Made by a program: the position numbers and the translations under genes. Positions 28,801 to 43,800 of a DNA stretch of 64,000 nt are shown here, piece by piece. Under the pieces are notes generated by a model. The model had not been told where the DNA came from, did no database searches, and worked only from the letters and a program-made list of their open reading frames with translations. The stretch is from the human T2T-CHM13v2.0 reference genome, Homo sapiens, in the NCBI RefSeq assembly GCF_009914755.1, contig NC_060925.1; one strand, written 5' to 3'. The number at the start of each line of letters is the position of its first letter. Positions within the stretch are counted from its first letter, which is position 1.

Positions 28801-31701
28801 AGGGAATCGAATGGAATCATCATCGAATGGAAACTAATGGAATCATCTTCGAATGGAAATGAAAGGAGTCATCATCTAATGGAATTGCATGGAATCATCA
28901 TAAAATGGAATCGAATGGAATCAACATCAAATGGAATGAAACGGAATCATTGAACGGAATTGAATGGAATCTTCATTGAATGAATTGAATGCAATCATCG
29001 AATGGTCTCGAATGGAATCATCTTCAAATGGAATGGAATGTAATCATCACATAGAATCGAATGGAATTATCATCAAATGGTATCAACATCAAACGGAAAA
29101 AAACGGAATTATCGAATGGAATCGAAGAGAATCATCGAACGGACCCGAATGGAATCATCTAATGGAATGGAATGGAATAATCCATGGACTCGAATGCAAT
29201 CATCATCGAATGGAATCGAGTGGAATCATCGAATGGACTCGAATGGAATAATCATTGAACGGAATCGAATGGAATCATCATCGGATGGAAATGAATGGAA
29301 TCATCATCGAATGGAATCGAATAGAATTATGGAATGAAATCCAGTGTGATCATCATCGAATGGACCCGAATGGAATCATCATCCAATGGAAACTAATGGA
29401 ATCAACATGGAATGAATCGAATGGAAACACCATCGAATTGAAACGAATGGAATTATCATGAAAGTGAAATGGATGGACTCATCATCGAATGGATTCGAAT
29501 GGAATCATCGAATAAAATTGATTGAAATCATCATCAAATTTAATCGAATGGTATCATTGAATGGAATCGAATGGAATCATCATCAGATGGAAATGAATGG
29601 AATCGTCATAGAATGGAATCGAATGGATTCATTGAATGGAATCAGATGGAATCATCGAATGGACTGGAAAGGAATCACTGAATGGACTCGAAAGGGATCA
29701 TCATTGAATGGAATTGAATGGAATCATCGAATGGTCTCGATTGGAATCATTATCAAATGGAATCGAATCGAATCACCGAATAGAATCGAATGGAACAATC
29801 ATCGAATGGACTCAAATGGAATTATACTCAAATGGAGTCGAATGGAATTATCGAATGCAATCGAATGGAATTATCGAATGCAATTGAATAGAATCATCGA
29901 ATGGATTCGAATGGAATCATCGAATGGAATGGAATGGAACAGTCAATGAACTCGAATGGAATCATCATTGAATGGAATCGAATGGAATCATCGAGTGGAA
30001 TCGAATGGAATTATGATCAAATAGAATTGAATGTAATCATCATAAAGTGGAATCAAAAATAACCATCATCAATGGGTATTGAATGGAATTGTCATCAAAT
30101 GGAATTCAAAGGAATCATCATCAAATGGAACCGAATGGAATCCTCATTGAATGGAAATGAAAGGGGTCATGATCTAATGGAATTGCATGAAATCATCATC
30201 AAATGGAATCGAATGGAATCATCATCAAATGGAATCTAATGGAATCACTGAACAGAATTGAATGGAATCGTCATCGAATGAATTGAATGCAATCATCGAA
30301 TGGTCTCGAATGGAATCATCTTCTAATGGAAAGGAATGGAATCATCGCATAGAATCGAATGGAGTTAACATTGAATTGACTCGAATGGAATGAACATCCA
30401 ACGGAATCAAGCGGAATTATCGAATGGAATCTAAGAGAATCATCGAATGGACTCGAATGGAATCATCTAATGGAATGGAATGGAATAATCCATGGACTCG
30501 AATGCAATCATCATCGAATGGAATCGAATGGAATCATCGAATGGACTCGAATGGAATAATCATTGAACGAAATCGAATGGAATCATCATCGGATGGAAAC
30601 GAATGGAATCATCATCGAACGGAAATGAAAGGAATCATCATCTAATGGAATTGCATGGAATCATCATAAAATGGAATCGAATGGAATCGACATCAAATGG
30701 AATCAAATGGAATCATTGAAAGAAATTGAATGGAATCGTCGTGGAATGAATTGAATGCAATCATCGAATGGTCTTGAATGGAATCATCTTCAAATGGAAT
30801 GGAATGGAATCAACGCATAGAATCGAATGGAATTATCATCGAATGGAATCGAATGGTATCAACAACAAACGGAAAAAAACGGAATTATCGAATGGAATCG
30901 AAGAGAATCATCGAATGTACTCGAATGGAATCTTCTAATGGAATGGATTGGAATAATCCACGGACTCGAATGCAATCATCAACGTATAGAATTGAATGGA
31001 ATCATTGAATGGACTCGAATGGAATAATCATTGAACTGAATCGAATGGAATCATCATCGAATGGAAACGAATGGAATCATCATCGAATGGAAATGAAAGG
31101 AGTCATCATCTAATGCAATTGCATGGAATCATCATAAAATGGAATCGAATGGAATCAACATCAAATGGAATGAAATGGAATCATTGAACGGAATTGAATG
31201 GAATCTTCATCGAATGAATTGAATGCAATCATCGAATGGTCTCGAATGGAATCATCTTCAAATGGAATGGAATGGAATCATCGCATAGAATCGAATGGAA
31301 TTATCATCGAATGGAATCGAATGGTATCAACATCAAACGGAAAAAAACGGAATTATCGAATGGAATCGAAGAGAATCATCGAACGGACCCGAATGGAATC
31401 ATCTAATGGAATGGAATGGAATAATCCATGGACTCGAATGCAATCATCATCGAATGGAATCGAATGGAATCATCGAATGGACTCGAATGGAATAATCATT
31501 GAACGGAATCGAATGGAATCATCATCGGGTGGAAATGAATGGAATCATCATCGAATGGAATCGAATAGAATTATGGAATGAAATCCAGTGTGATCATCAT
31601 CGAATGGACCCGAATGGAATCATCATCCAACGGAAGCTAATGGAATCAACATCGAATGAATCGAATGGAAACACCATCGAATTGAAACGAATGGAATTAT
31701 C

Positions 31702-33477
31702 ATGAAATTGAAATGGATGGACTCATCATCGAATGGATTCGAATGGAATCATCGAATAAAATTGATTGAAATCATCATCGAATGGAATCGAATGGTATCA
31801 TTGAATGGAATCGAATGGAATCATCATCAGATGGAAATGAATGGAATCGTCATAGAATGGAATCGAATGGATTCATTGAATGGAATCAGATGGAATCATC
31901 GAATGGACTGGAATGGAATCATTGAATGGACTCGAAAGGGATCATTATTGAATGGAATTGAATGGAATCATCGAATGGTCTCGATTGGAATCATTATCAA
32001 ATGGAATCGAATGGAATCACCGAATAGAATCGAATGGAACAATCATCGAATGGACTCAAATGGAATTATCCTCCAATGGAATCGAATGGAATTATCGAAT
32101 GCAATCGAATGGAATTATCGAATGCAATCGAATAGAATCATCGAATGGACTCGAATGGAATCATCGAATGGAATGGAATGGAACAGTCAATGAACTCGAA
32201 TGGAATCATCATTGAATGGAATCGAATGGAATCATCGAGTGGAATCGAATGGAATTATGATCAAATGGAATCGAATGTAATCATCATCAAATGGAATCAA
32301 AAATAACCATCATCAATTGGTATTGAATGGAATTGTCATCAAATGGAATTCAAAGGAATCATCATCAAATGGAACCGAATGGAATCCTCATTGAATGGAA
32401 ATGAAAGGGGTCATCATCTAATGGAATCGCATGGAATCATCATCAAATGGAATCGAATGGAATCATCATCAAATGGAATCTAATGGAATCATTGAACAGA
32501 ATTGAATGGAATCGTCATCGAATGAATTGAATGCAATCATCGAATGGTCTCGAATGGAATCATCTTCTAATGGAAAGGAATGGAATCATCGCATAGAATC
32601 GAATGGAATTATCATCGAATGGAATCGAATGGTATCAACACCAAACGGAAAAAAACGGAATTATCGAATGGAATCGAAGAGAATCTTCGAACGGACCCGA
32701 ATGGAATCATCTAATGGAATGGAATGGAATAATCCATGGACTCGAATGCAATCATCATCGAATGGAATCGAATGGAATCATCGAATGGACTCGAATGGAA
32801 TAATCATTGAACGGAATCGATTGGAATCATCATCGGATGGAAACGAATGGAATCATCATCGAATGGAAATGAAAGGAGTCATCATCTAATGGAATTGCAT
32901 GGAATCATCATAAAATGGAATCGAATGGAATCAACATCAAATGGAATCAAATGGAATCATTGAACGGAATTGAATGGAATCGTCATCGAATGAATTGACT
33001 GCAATCATCCAATGGTCTCGAATGGAATCATCTTCAAATGGAATGGAATGGAATCATCGCATAGAATCGAATGGAATTATCATCGAATGGAATCGAATGG
33101 AATCAACATCAAACGGAAAAAAACGGAATTATCGAATGGAATCGAAGAGAATCATCGAATGGACCCTAATGGAATCATCTAATGGAATGGAATGGAATAA
33201 TCCATGGACTCGAATGCAATCATCATCGAATGGAATCGAATGGAATCATCGAATGGACTCGAATGGAATAATCATTGAACGGAATCGAATGGAATCATCA
33301 TCGGATGGAAATGAATGGAATCATCATCGAATGGAATCGAATAGAATTATGGAATGAAATCCAGTGTGATCATCATCGAATGGACCCGAATGGAATCATC
33401 ATCCAACGGAAGCTAATGGAATCAACATCGAATGAATCAAATGGAAACACCATCGAATTGAAACGAATGGAATTATC
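31702..33477 (+). repeat. Representative canonical 1776-bp higher-order unit
   Basis: The landmark atgaaattgaaatggatgg recurs at 31702, 33478, 35254, 37030 and at 53664, 55440, 57216, 58992, each exactly 1776 bp apart. Confidence 0.95.
32506..32973 (+). repeat. 468-bp internal module, present as about 2 tandem copies per canonical unit and 3 in long units
   Basis: Module start atggaatcgtcatcgaatgaattga at 32506 and 32974 (468 bp apart). Three tandem starts occur at 3105/3573/4041. Units of 2234-2253 bp equal 1776+468 with small indels. Confidence 0.92.
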
Positions 33478-36400
33478 ATGAAATTGAAATGGATGGACTC
33501 ATCATCGAATGGATTCGAATGGAATCATCGAATAAAATTGATTGAAATCATCATCGAATGGAATCGAATGGTATCATTGAATGGAATCGAATGGAATCAT
33601 CATCAGATGGAAATGAATGGAATCGTCATAGAATGGAATCGAATGGATTCATTGAATGGAATCAGATGGAATCATCGAATGGACTGGAATGGAATCATTG
33701 AATGGACTCGAAAGGGATCATGATTGAATGGAATTGAATGGAATCATCGAATGGTCTCGATTGGAATCATTATCAAATGGAATCGAATGGAATCACCGAA
33801 TAGAATCGAATGGAACAATCATCGAATAGACTCAAATGGAATTATCCTCAAATGGAATCGAATGGAATTATCGAATGCAATCGAATGGAATTATCGAATG
33901 CAATCGAATAGAATCATCGAATGGACTCGAATGGAATCATCGAATGGAATGGAATGGAACAGTCAATGAACTCGAATGGAATCATCATTGAATGGAATCG
34001 AATGGAATCATCGAGTGGAATCGAATGGAATTATGATCAAATGGAATCGAATGTAATCATCATCAAATGGAATCAAAAATAACCATCATCAATTGGTATT
34101 GAAAGGAATTGTCATCAAATGGAATTCAAAGGAATCATCATCAAATGGAACCGAATGGAATCCTCATTGAATGGAAATGAAAGGGGTCATCATCTAATGG
34201 AATCGCATGGAATCATCATCTAATGGAATCGAATGGAATCATCATCAAATGGAATCTAATGGAATCATTGAACAGAATTGAATGGAATCGTCATCGAATG
34301 AATTGAATGCAATCATCGAATGGTCTCGAATGGAATCATCTTCTAATGGAAAGGAATGGAATCATCGCATAGAATCGAATGGAATTATCATCGAATGGAA
34401 TCGAATGGTATCAACACCAAACGGAAAAAAACGGAATTATCGAATGGAATCGAAGAGAATCTTCGAACGGACCCGAATGGAATCATCTAATGGAATGGAA
34501 TGGAATAATCCATGGACTCGAATGCAATCATCATCGAATGGAATCGAATGGAATCATCGAATGGACTCGAATGGAATAATCATTGAACGGAATCGAATGG
34601 AATCATCATCGGATGGAAACGAATGGAATCATCATCGAATGGAAATGAAAGGAGTCATCATCTAATGGAATTGCATGGAATCATCATAAAATGGAATCGA
34701 ATGGAATCAACATCAAATGGAATCAAATGGAATCATTGAACGGAATTGAATGGAATCGTCATCGAATGAATTGACTGCAATCATCGAATGGTCTCGAATG
34801 GAATCATCTTCAAATGGAATGGAATGGAATCATCGCATAGAATCGAATGGAATTATCATCGAATGGAATCGAATGGAATCAACATCAAACGGAAAAAAAC
34901 GGAATTATCGAATGGAATCGAAGAGAATCATCGAATGGACCCGAATGGAATCATCTAATGGAATGGAATGGAATAATCCATGGACTCGAATGCAATCATC
35001 ATCGAATGGAATCGAATGGAATCATCGAATGGACTCGAATGGAATAATCATTGAACGGAAACGAATGGAATCATCATCGGATGGAAATGAATGGAATCAT
35101 CATCGAATGGAATCGAATAGAATTATGGAATGAAATCCAGTGTGATCATCATCGAATGGACCCGAATGGAATCATCATCCAACGGAAGCTAATGGAATCA
35201 ACATCGAATGAATCGAATGGAAACACCATCGAATTGAAACGAATGGAATTATCATGAAATTGAAATGGATGGACTCATCATCGAATGGATTCGAATGGAA
35301 TCATCGAATAAAATTGATTGAAATCATCATCGAATGGAATCGAATGGTATCATTGAATGGAATCGAATGGAATCATCATCAGATGGAAATGAATGGAATC
35401 GTCATAGAATGGAATCGAATGGATTCATTGAATGGAATCAGATGGAATCATCGAATGGACTGGAATGGAATCATTGAATGGACTCGAAAGGGATCATGAT
35501 TGAATGGAATTGAATGGAATCATCGAATGGTCTCGATTGGAATCATTATCAAATGGAATCGAATGGAATCACCGAATAGAATCGAATGGAACAATCATCG
35601 AATGGACTGAAATGGAATTATCCTCAAATGGAATCGAATGGAATTATCGAATGCAATCGAATGGAATTATCGAATGCAATCGAATAGAATCATCGAATGG
35701 ACTCGAATGGAATCATCGAATGGAATGGAATGGAACAGTCAATGAACTCGAATGGAATCATCATTGAATGGAATCGAATGGAATCATCGAGTGGAATCGA
35801 ATGGAATTATGATCAAATGGAATCGAATGTAATCATCATCAAATGGAATCAAAAATAACCATCATCAATTGGTATTGAATGGAATTGTCATCAAATGGAA
35901 TTCAAAGGAATCATCATCAAATGGAACCGAATGGAATCCTCATTGAATGGAAATGAAAGGGGTCATCATCTAATGGAATCGCATGGAATCATCATCAAAT
36001 GGAATCGAATGGAATCATCATCAAATGGAATCTAATGGAATCATTGAACAGAATTGAATGGAATCGTCATCGAATGAATTGAATGCAATCATCGAATGGT
36101 CTCGAATGGAATCATCTTCTAATGGAAAGGAATGGAATCATCGCATAGAATCGAATGGAATTATCATCGAATGGAATCGAATGGTATAAACACCAAACGG
36201 AAAAAAACGGAATTATCGAATGGAATCGAAGAGAATCTTCGAACGGACCCGAATGGAATCATCTAATGGAATGGAATGGAATAATCCATGGACTCGAATG
36301 CAATCATCATCGAATGGAATCGAATGGAATCATCGAATGGACTCGAATGGAATAATCATTGAACGGAATCGAATGGAATCATCATCGGATGGAAACGAAT

Positions 36401-37833
36401 GGAATCATCATCGAATGGAAATGAAAGGAGTCATCATCTAATGGAATTGCATGGAATCATCATAAAATGGAATCCAATGGAATCAACATCAAATGGAATC
36501 AAATGGAATCATTGAACGGAATTGAATGGAATCGTCATCGAATGAATTGACTGCAATCATCCAATGGTCTCGAATGGAATCATCTTCAAATGGAATGGAA
36601 TGGAATCATCGCATAGAATCGAATGGAATTATCATCGAATGGAATCGAATGGAATCAACATCAAACGGAAAAAAACGGAATTATCGAATGGAATCGAAGA
36701 GAATCATCGAATGGACCCGAATGGAATCATCTAATGGAATGGAATGGAATAATCCATGGACTCGAATGCAATCATCATCGAATGGAATCGAATGGAATCA
36801 TCGAATGGACTCGAATGGAATAATCATTGAACGGAAACGAATGGAATCATCATCGGATGGAAATGAATGGAATCATCATCGAATGGAATCGAATAGAATT
36901 ATGGAATGAAATCCAGTGTGATCATCATCGAATGGACCCGAATGGAATCATCATCCAACGGAAGCTAATGGAATCAACATCGAATGAATCGAATGGAAAC
37001 ACCATCGAATTGAAACGAATGGAATTATCATGAAATTGAAATGGATGGACTCATCATCGAATGGATTCGAATGGAATCATCGAATAAAATTGATTGAAAT
37101 CATCATCCAATGGAATCGAATGGTATCATTGAATGGAATCGAATGGAATCATCATCAGATGGAAATGAATGGAATCGTCATCGAATGGAATCGAATGGAT
37201 TCATTGAATGGAATCAGATGGAATCATCGAATGGACTGGAATGGAATCATTGAATGGACTCGAAAGGGATCATGATTGAATGGAATTGAATGGAATCATC
37301 GAATGGTCTCGATTGGAATCATTATCAAATGGAATCGAATGGAATCACCGAATAGAATCGAATGGAACAATCATCGAATGGACTCAAATGGAATTATCCT
37401 CAAATGGAATCGAATGGAATTATCGAATGCAATCGAATGGAATTATCGAATGCAATCGAATAGAATCATCGAATGGACTCGAATGGAATCATCGAATGGA
37501 ATGGAATGGAACAGTCAATGAACTCGAATGGAATCATCATTGAATGGAATCGAATGGAATCATCGAGTGGAATCGAATGGAATTATGATCAAATGGAATC
37601 GAATGTAATCATCATCAAATGGAATCAAAAATAACCATCATCAATTGGTATTGAATGGAATTGTCATCAAATGGAATTCAAAGGAATCATCATCAAATGG
37701 AACCGAATGGAATCCTCATTGAATGGAAATGAAAGGGGTCATCATCTAATGGAATCGCATGGAATCATCATCTAATGGAATCGAATGGAATCATCATCAA
37801 ATGGAATCTAATGGAATCATTGAACAGAATTGA

Positions 37834-40800
37834 ATGGAATCGTCATCGAATGAATTGAATGCAATCATCGAATGGTCTCGAATGGAATCATCTTCTAATG
37901 GAAAGGAATGGAATCATCGCATAGAATCGAATGGAATTATCATCGAATGGAATCGAATGGTATCAACACCAAACGGAAAAAAACGGAATTATCGAATGGA
38001 ATCGAAGAGAATCTTCGAACGGACCCGAATGGAATCATCTAATGGAATGGAATGGAATAATCCATGGACTCGAATGCAATCATCATCGAATGGAATCGAA
38101 TGGAATCATCGAATGGACTCGAATGGAATAATCATTGAACGGAATCGAATGGAATCATCATCGGATGGAAACGAATGGAATCATCATCGAATGGAAATGA
38201 AAGGAGTCATCATCTAATGGAATTGCATGGAATCATCATAAAATGGAATCGAATGGAATCAACATCAAATGGAATCAAATGGAATCATTGAACGGAATTG
38301 AATGGAATCGTCATCGAATGAATTGACTGCAATCATCGAATGGTCTCGAATGGAATCATCTTCAAATGGAATGGAATGGAATCATCGCATAGAATCGAAT
38401 GGAATTATCATCGAATGGAATCGAATGGAATCAACATCAAACGGAAAAAAACGGAATTATCGAATGGAATCGAAGAGAATCATCGAATGGACCCGAATGG
38501 AATCATCTAATGGAATGGAATGGAATAATCCATGGACTCGAATGCAATCATCATCGAATGGAATCGAATGGAATCATCGAATGAACTCGAATGGAATCAT
38601 CATTGAATGGAATCGAATGGAATCATCGAGTGGAATCGAATGGAATTATGATCAAATGGAATCGAATGTAATCATCATCAAATGGAATCAAAAATAACCA
38701 TCATCAATTGGTATTGAATGGAATTGTCATCAAATGGAATTCAAAGGAATCATCATCAAATGGAACCGAATGGAATCCTCATTGAATGGAAATGAAAGGG
38801 GTCATCATCTAATGGAATCGCATGGAATCATCATCAAATGGAATCGAATGGAATCATCATCAAATGGAATCTAATGGAATCATTGAACAGAATTGAATGG
38901 AATCGTCATCGAATGAATTGAATGCAATCATCGAATGGTCTCGAATGGAATCATCTTCTAATGGAAAGGAATGGAATCATCGCATAGAATCGAATGGAAT
39001 TATCATCGAATGGAATCGAATGGTATCAACACCAAACGGAAAAAAACGGAATTATCGAATGGAATCGAAGAGAATCTTCGAACGGACCCGAATGGAATCA
39101 TCTAATGGAATGGAATGGAATAATCCATGGACTCGAATGCAATCATCATCGAATGGAATCGAATGGAATCATCGAATGGACTCGAATGGAATAATCATTG
39201 AACGGAATCGAATGGAATCATCATCGGATGGAAACGAATGGAATCATCATCGAATGGAAATGAAAGGAGTCATCATCTAATGGAATTGCATGGAATCATC
39301 ATAAAATGGAATCGAATGGAATCAACATCAAATGGAATCAAATGGAATCATTGAACGGAATTGAATGGAATCGTCATCGAATGAATTGACTGCAATCATC
39401 GAATGGTCTCGAATGGAATCATCTTCAAATGGAATGGAATGGAATCATCGCATAGAATCGAATGGAATTATCATCGAATGGAATCGAATGGAATCAACAT
39501 CAAACGGAAAAAAACGGAATTATCGAATGGAATCGAAGAGAATCATCGAATGGACCCGAATGGAATCATCTAATGGAATGGAATGGAATAATCCATGGAC
39601 TCCAATGCAATCATCATCGAATGGAATCGAATGGAATCATCGAATGGACTCGAATGGAATAATCATTGAACGGAAACGAATGGAATCATCATCGGATGGA
39701 AATGAATGGAATCATCATCGAATGGAATCGAATAGAATTATGGAATGAAATCCAGTGTGATCATCATCGAATGGACCCGAATGGAATCATCATCCAACGG
39801 AAGCTAATGGAATCAACATCGAATGAATCGAATGGAAACACCATCGAATTGAAACGAATGGAATTATCATGAAATTGAAATGGATGGACTCATCATCGAA
39901 TGGATTCGAATGGAATCATCGAATAAAATTGATTGAAATCATCATCGAATGGAATCGAATGGTATCATTGAATGGAATCGAATGGAATCATCATCAGATG
40001 GAAATGAATGGAATCGTCATAGAATGGAATCGAATGGATTCATTGAATGGAATCAGACGGAATCATCGAATGGACTGGAATGGAATCATTGAATGGACTC
40101 GAAAGGGATCATGATTGAATGGAATTGAATGGAATCATCGAATGGTCTCGATTGGAATCATTATCAAATGGAATCGAATGGAATCACCGAATAGAATCGA
40201 ATGGAACAATCATCGAATGGACTCAAATGGAATTATCCTCAAATGGAATCGAATGGAATTATCGAATGCAATCGAATGGAATTATCGAATGCAATCGAAT
40301 AGAATCATCGAATGGACTCGAATGGAATCATCGAATGGAATGGAATGGAACAGTCAATGAACACGAATGGAATCATCATTGAATGGAATCGAATGGAATC
40401 ATCGAGTGGAATCGAATGGAATTATGATCAAATGGAATCGAATGTAATCATCATCAAATGGAATCAAAAATAACCATCATCAATTGGTATTGAATGGAAT
40501 TGTCATCAAATGGAATTCAAAGGAATCATCATCAAATGGAACCGAATGGAATCCTCATTGAATGGAAATGAAAGGGGTCATCATCTAATGGAATCGCATG
40601 GAATCATCATCAAATGGAATCGAATGGAATCATCATCAAATGGAATCTAATGGAATCATTGAACAGAATTGAATGGAATGGTCATTGAATGAATTGAATG
40701 CAATCATCGAATGGTCTCGAATGGAATCATCTTCTAATGGAAAGGAATGGAATCATCGCATAGAATCGAATGGAATTATCATCGAATGGAATCGAATGGT

Positions 40801-43800
40801 ATCAACACCAAACGGAAAAAAACGGAATTATCGAATGGAATCGAAGAGAATCTTCGAACGGACCCGAATGGAATCATCTAATGGAATAGAATGGAATAAT
40901 CCATGGACTCGAATGCAATCATCATCGAATGGAATCGAATGGAATCATCGAATGGACTCGAATGGAATAATCATTGAACGGAATCGAATGGAATCATCAT
41001 CGGATGGAAACGAATGGAATCATCATCGAATGGAAATGAAAGGAGTCATCATCTAATGGAATTGCATGGAATCATCATAAAATGGAATCGAATGGAATCA
41101 ACATCAAATGGAATCAAATGGAATCATTGAACGGAATTGAATGGAATCGTCATCGAATGAATTGACTGCAATCATCGAATGGTCTCGGAATCATCTTCAA
41201 ATGGAATGGAATGGAATCATCGCATAGAATCGAATGGAATTATCATCGAATGGAATCGAATGGAATCAACATCAAACGGAAAAAAACGGAATTATCGAAT
41301 GGAATCGAAGAGAATCATCGAATGGACCCGAATGGAATCATCTAATGGAATGGAATGGAATAATCCATGGACTCGAATGCAATCATCATCGAATGGAATC
41401 GAATGGAATCATCGAATGAACTCGAATGGAATCATCATTGAATGGAATCGAATGGAATCATCGAGTGGAATCGAATGGAATTATGATCAAATGGAATCGA
41501 ATGTAATCATCATCAAATGGAATCAAAAATAACCATCATCAATTGGTATTGAATGGAATTGTCATCAAATGGAATTCAAAGGAATCATCATCAAATGGAA
41601 CCGAATGGAATCCTCATTGAATGGAAATGAAAGGGGTCATCATCTAATGGAATCGCATGGAATCATCATCAAATGGAATCGAATGGAATCATCATCAAAT
41701 GGAATCTAATGGAATCATTGAACAGAATTGAATGGAATCGTCATCGAATGAATTGAATGCAATCATCGAATGGTCTCGAATGGAATCATCTTCTAATGGA
41801 AAGGAATGGAATCATCGCATAGAATTGAATGGAATTATCATCGAATGGAATCGAATGGTATCAACACCAAACGGAAAAAAACGGAATTATCGAATGGAAT
41901 CGAAGAGAATCTTCGAACGGACCCGAATGGAATCATCTAATGGAATGGAATGGAATAATCCATGGACTCGAATGCAATCATCATCGAATGGAATCGAATG
42001 GAATCATCGAATGGACTCGAATGGAATAATCATTGAACGGAATCGAATGGAATCATCATCGGATGGAAACGAATGGAATCATCATCGAATGGAAATGAAA
42101 GGAGTCATCATCTAATGGAATTGCATGGAATCATCATAAAATGGAATCGAATGGAATCAACATCAAATGGAATCAAATGGAATCATTGAACGGAATTGAA
42201 TGGAATCGTCATCGAATGAATTGACTGCAATCATCGAATGGTCTCGAATGGAATCATCTTCAAATGGAATGGAATGGAATCATCGCATAGAATCGAATGG
42301 AATTATCATCGAATGGAATCGAATGGAATCAACATCAAACGGAAAAAAACGGAATTATCGAATGGAATCGAAGAGAATCATCGAATGGACCCGAATGGAA
42401 TCATCTAATGGAATGGAATGGAATAATCCATGGACTCGAATGCAATCATCATCGAATGGAATCGAATGGAATCATCGAATGGACTCGAATGGAATAATCA
42501 TTGAACGGAAACGAATGGAATCATCATCGGATGGAAATGAATGGAATCATCATCGAATGGAATCGAATAGAATTATGGAATGAAATCCAGTGTGATCATC
42601 ATCGAATGGACCCGAATGGAATCATCATCCAACGGAAGCTAATGGAATCAACATCGAATGAATCGAATGGAAACACCATCGAATTGAAACGAATGGAATT
42701 ATCATGAAATTGAAATGGATGGACTCATCATCGAATGGATTCGAATGGAATCATCGAATAAAATTGATTGAAATCATCATCGAATGGAATCGAATGGTAT
42801 CATTGAATGGAATCGAATGGAATCATCATCAGATGGAAATGAATGGAATCGTCATAGAATGGAATCGAATGGATTCATTGAATGGAATCAGATGGAATCA
42901 TCGAATGGACTGGAATGGAATCATTGAATGGACTCGAAAGGGATCATGATTGAATGGAATTGAATGGAATCATCGAATGGTCTCGATTGGAATCATTATC
43001 AAATGGAATCGAATGGAATCACCGAATAGAATCGAATGGAACAATCATCGAATGGACTCAAATGGAATTATCCTCAAATGGAATCGAATGGAATTATCGA
43101 ATGCAATCGAATGGAATTATCGAATGCAATCGAATAGAATCATCGAATGGACTCGAATGGAATCATCGAATGGAATGGAATGGAACAGTCAATGAACACG
43201 AATGGAATCATCATTGAATGGAATCGAATGGAATCATCGAGTGGAATCGAATGGAATTATGATCAAATGGAATCGAATGTAATCATCATCAAATGGAATC
43301 AAAAATAACCATCATCAATTGGTATTGAATGGAATTGTCATCAAATGGAATTCAAAGGAATCATCATCAAATGGAACCGAATGGAATCCTCATTGAATGG
43401 AAATGAAAGGGGTTATCATCTAATGGAATCGCATGGAATCATCATCAAATGGAATCGAATGGAATCATCATCAAATGGAATCTAATGGAATCATTGAACA
43501 GAATTGAATGGAATGGTCATTGAATGAATTGAATGCAATCATCGAATGGTCTCGAATGGAATCATCTTCTAATGGAAAGGAATGGAATCATCGCATAGAA
43601 TCGAATGGAATTATCATCGAATGGAATCGAATGGTATCAACACCAAACGGAAAAAAACGGAATTATCGAATGGAATCGAAGAGAATCTTCGAACGGACCC
43701 GAATGGAATCATCTAATGGAATAGAATGGAATAATCCATGGACTCGAATGCAATCATCATCGAATGGAATCGAATGGAATCATCGAATGGACTCGAATGG

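Larger units (their letters stand above)
31198..37833 (+). repeat. Homogeneous canonical 1776-bp units
   Basis: Exact 1776-bp spacing with only isolated substitutions between units. Confidence 0.9.
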
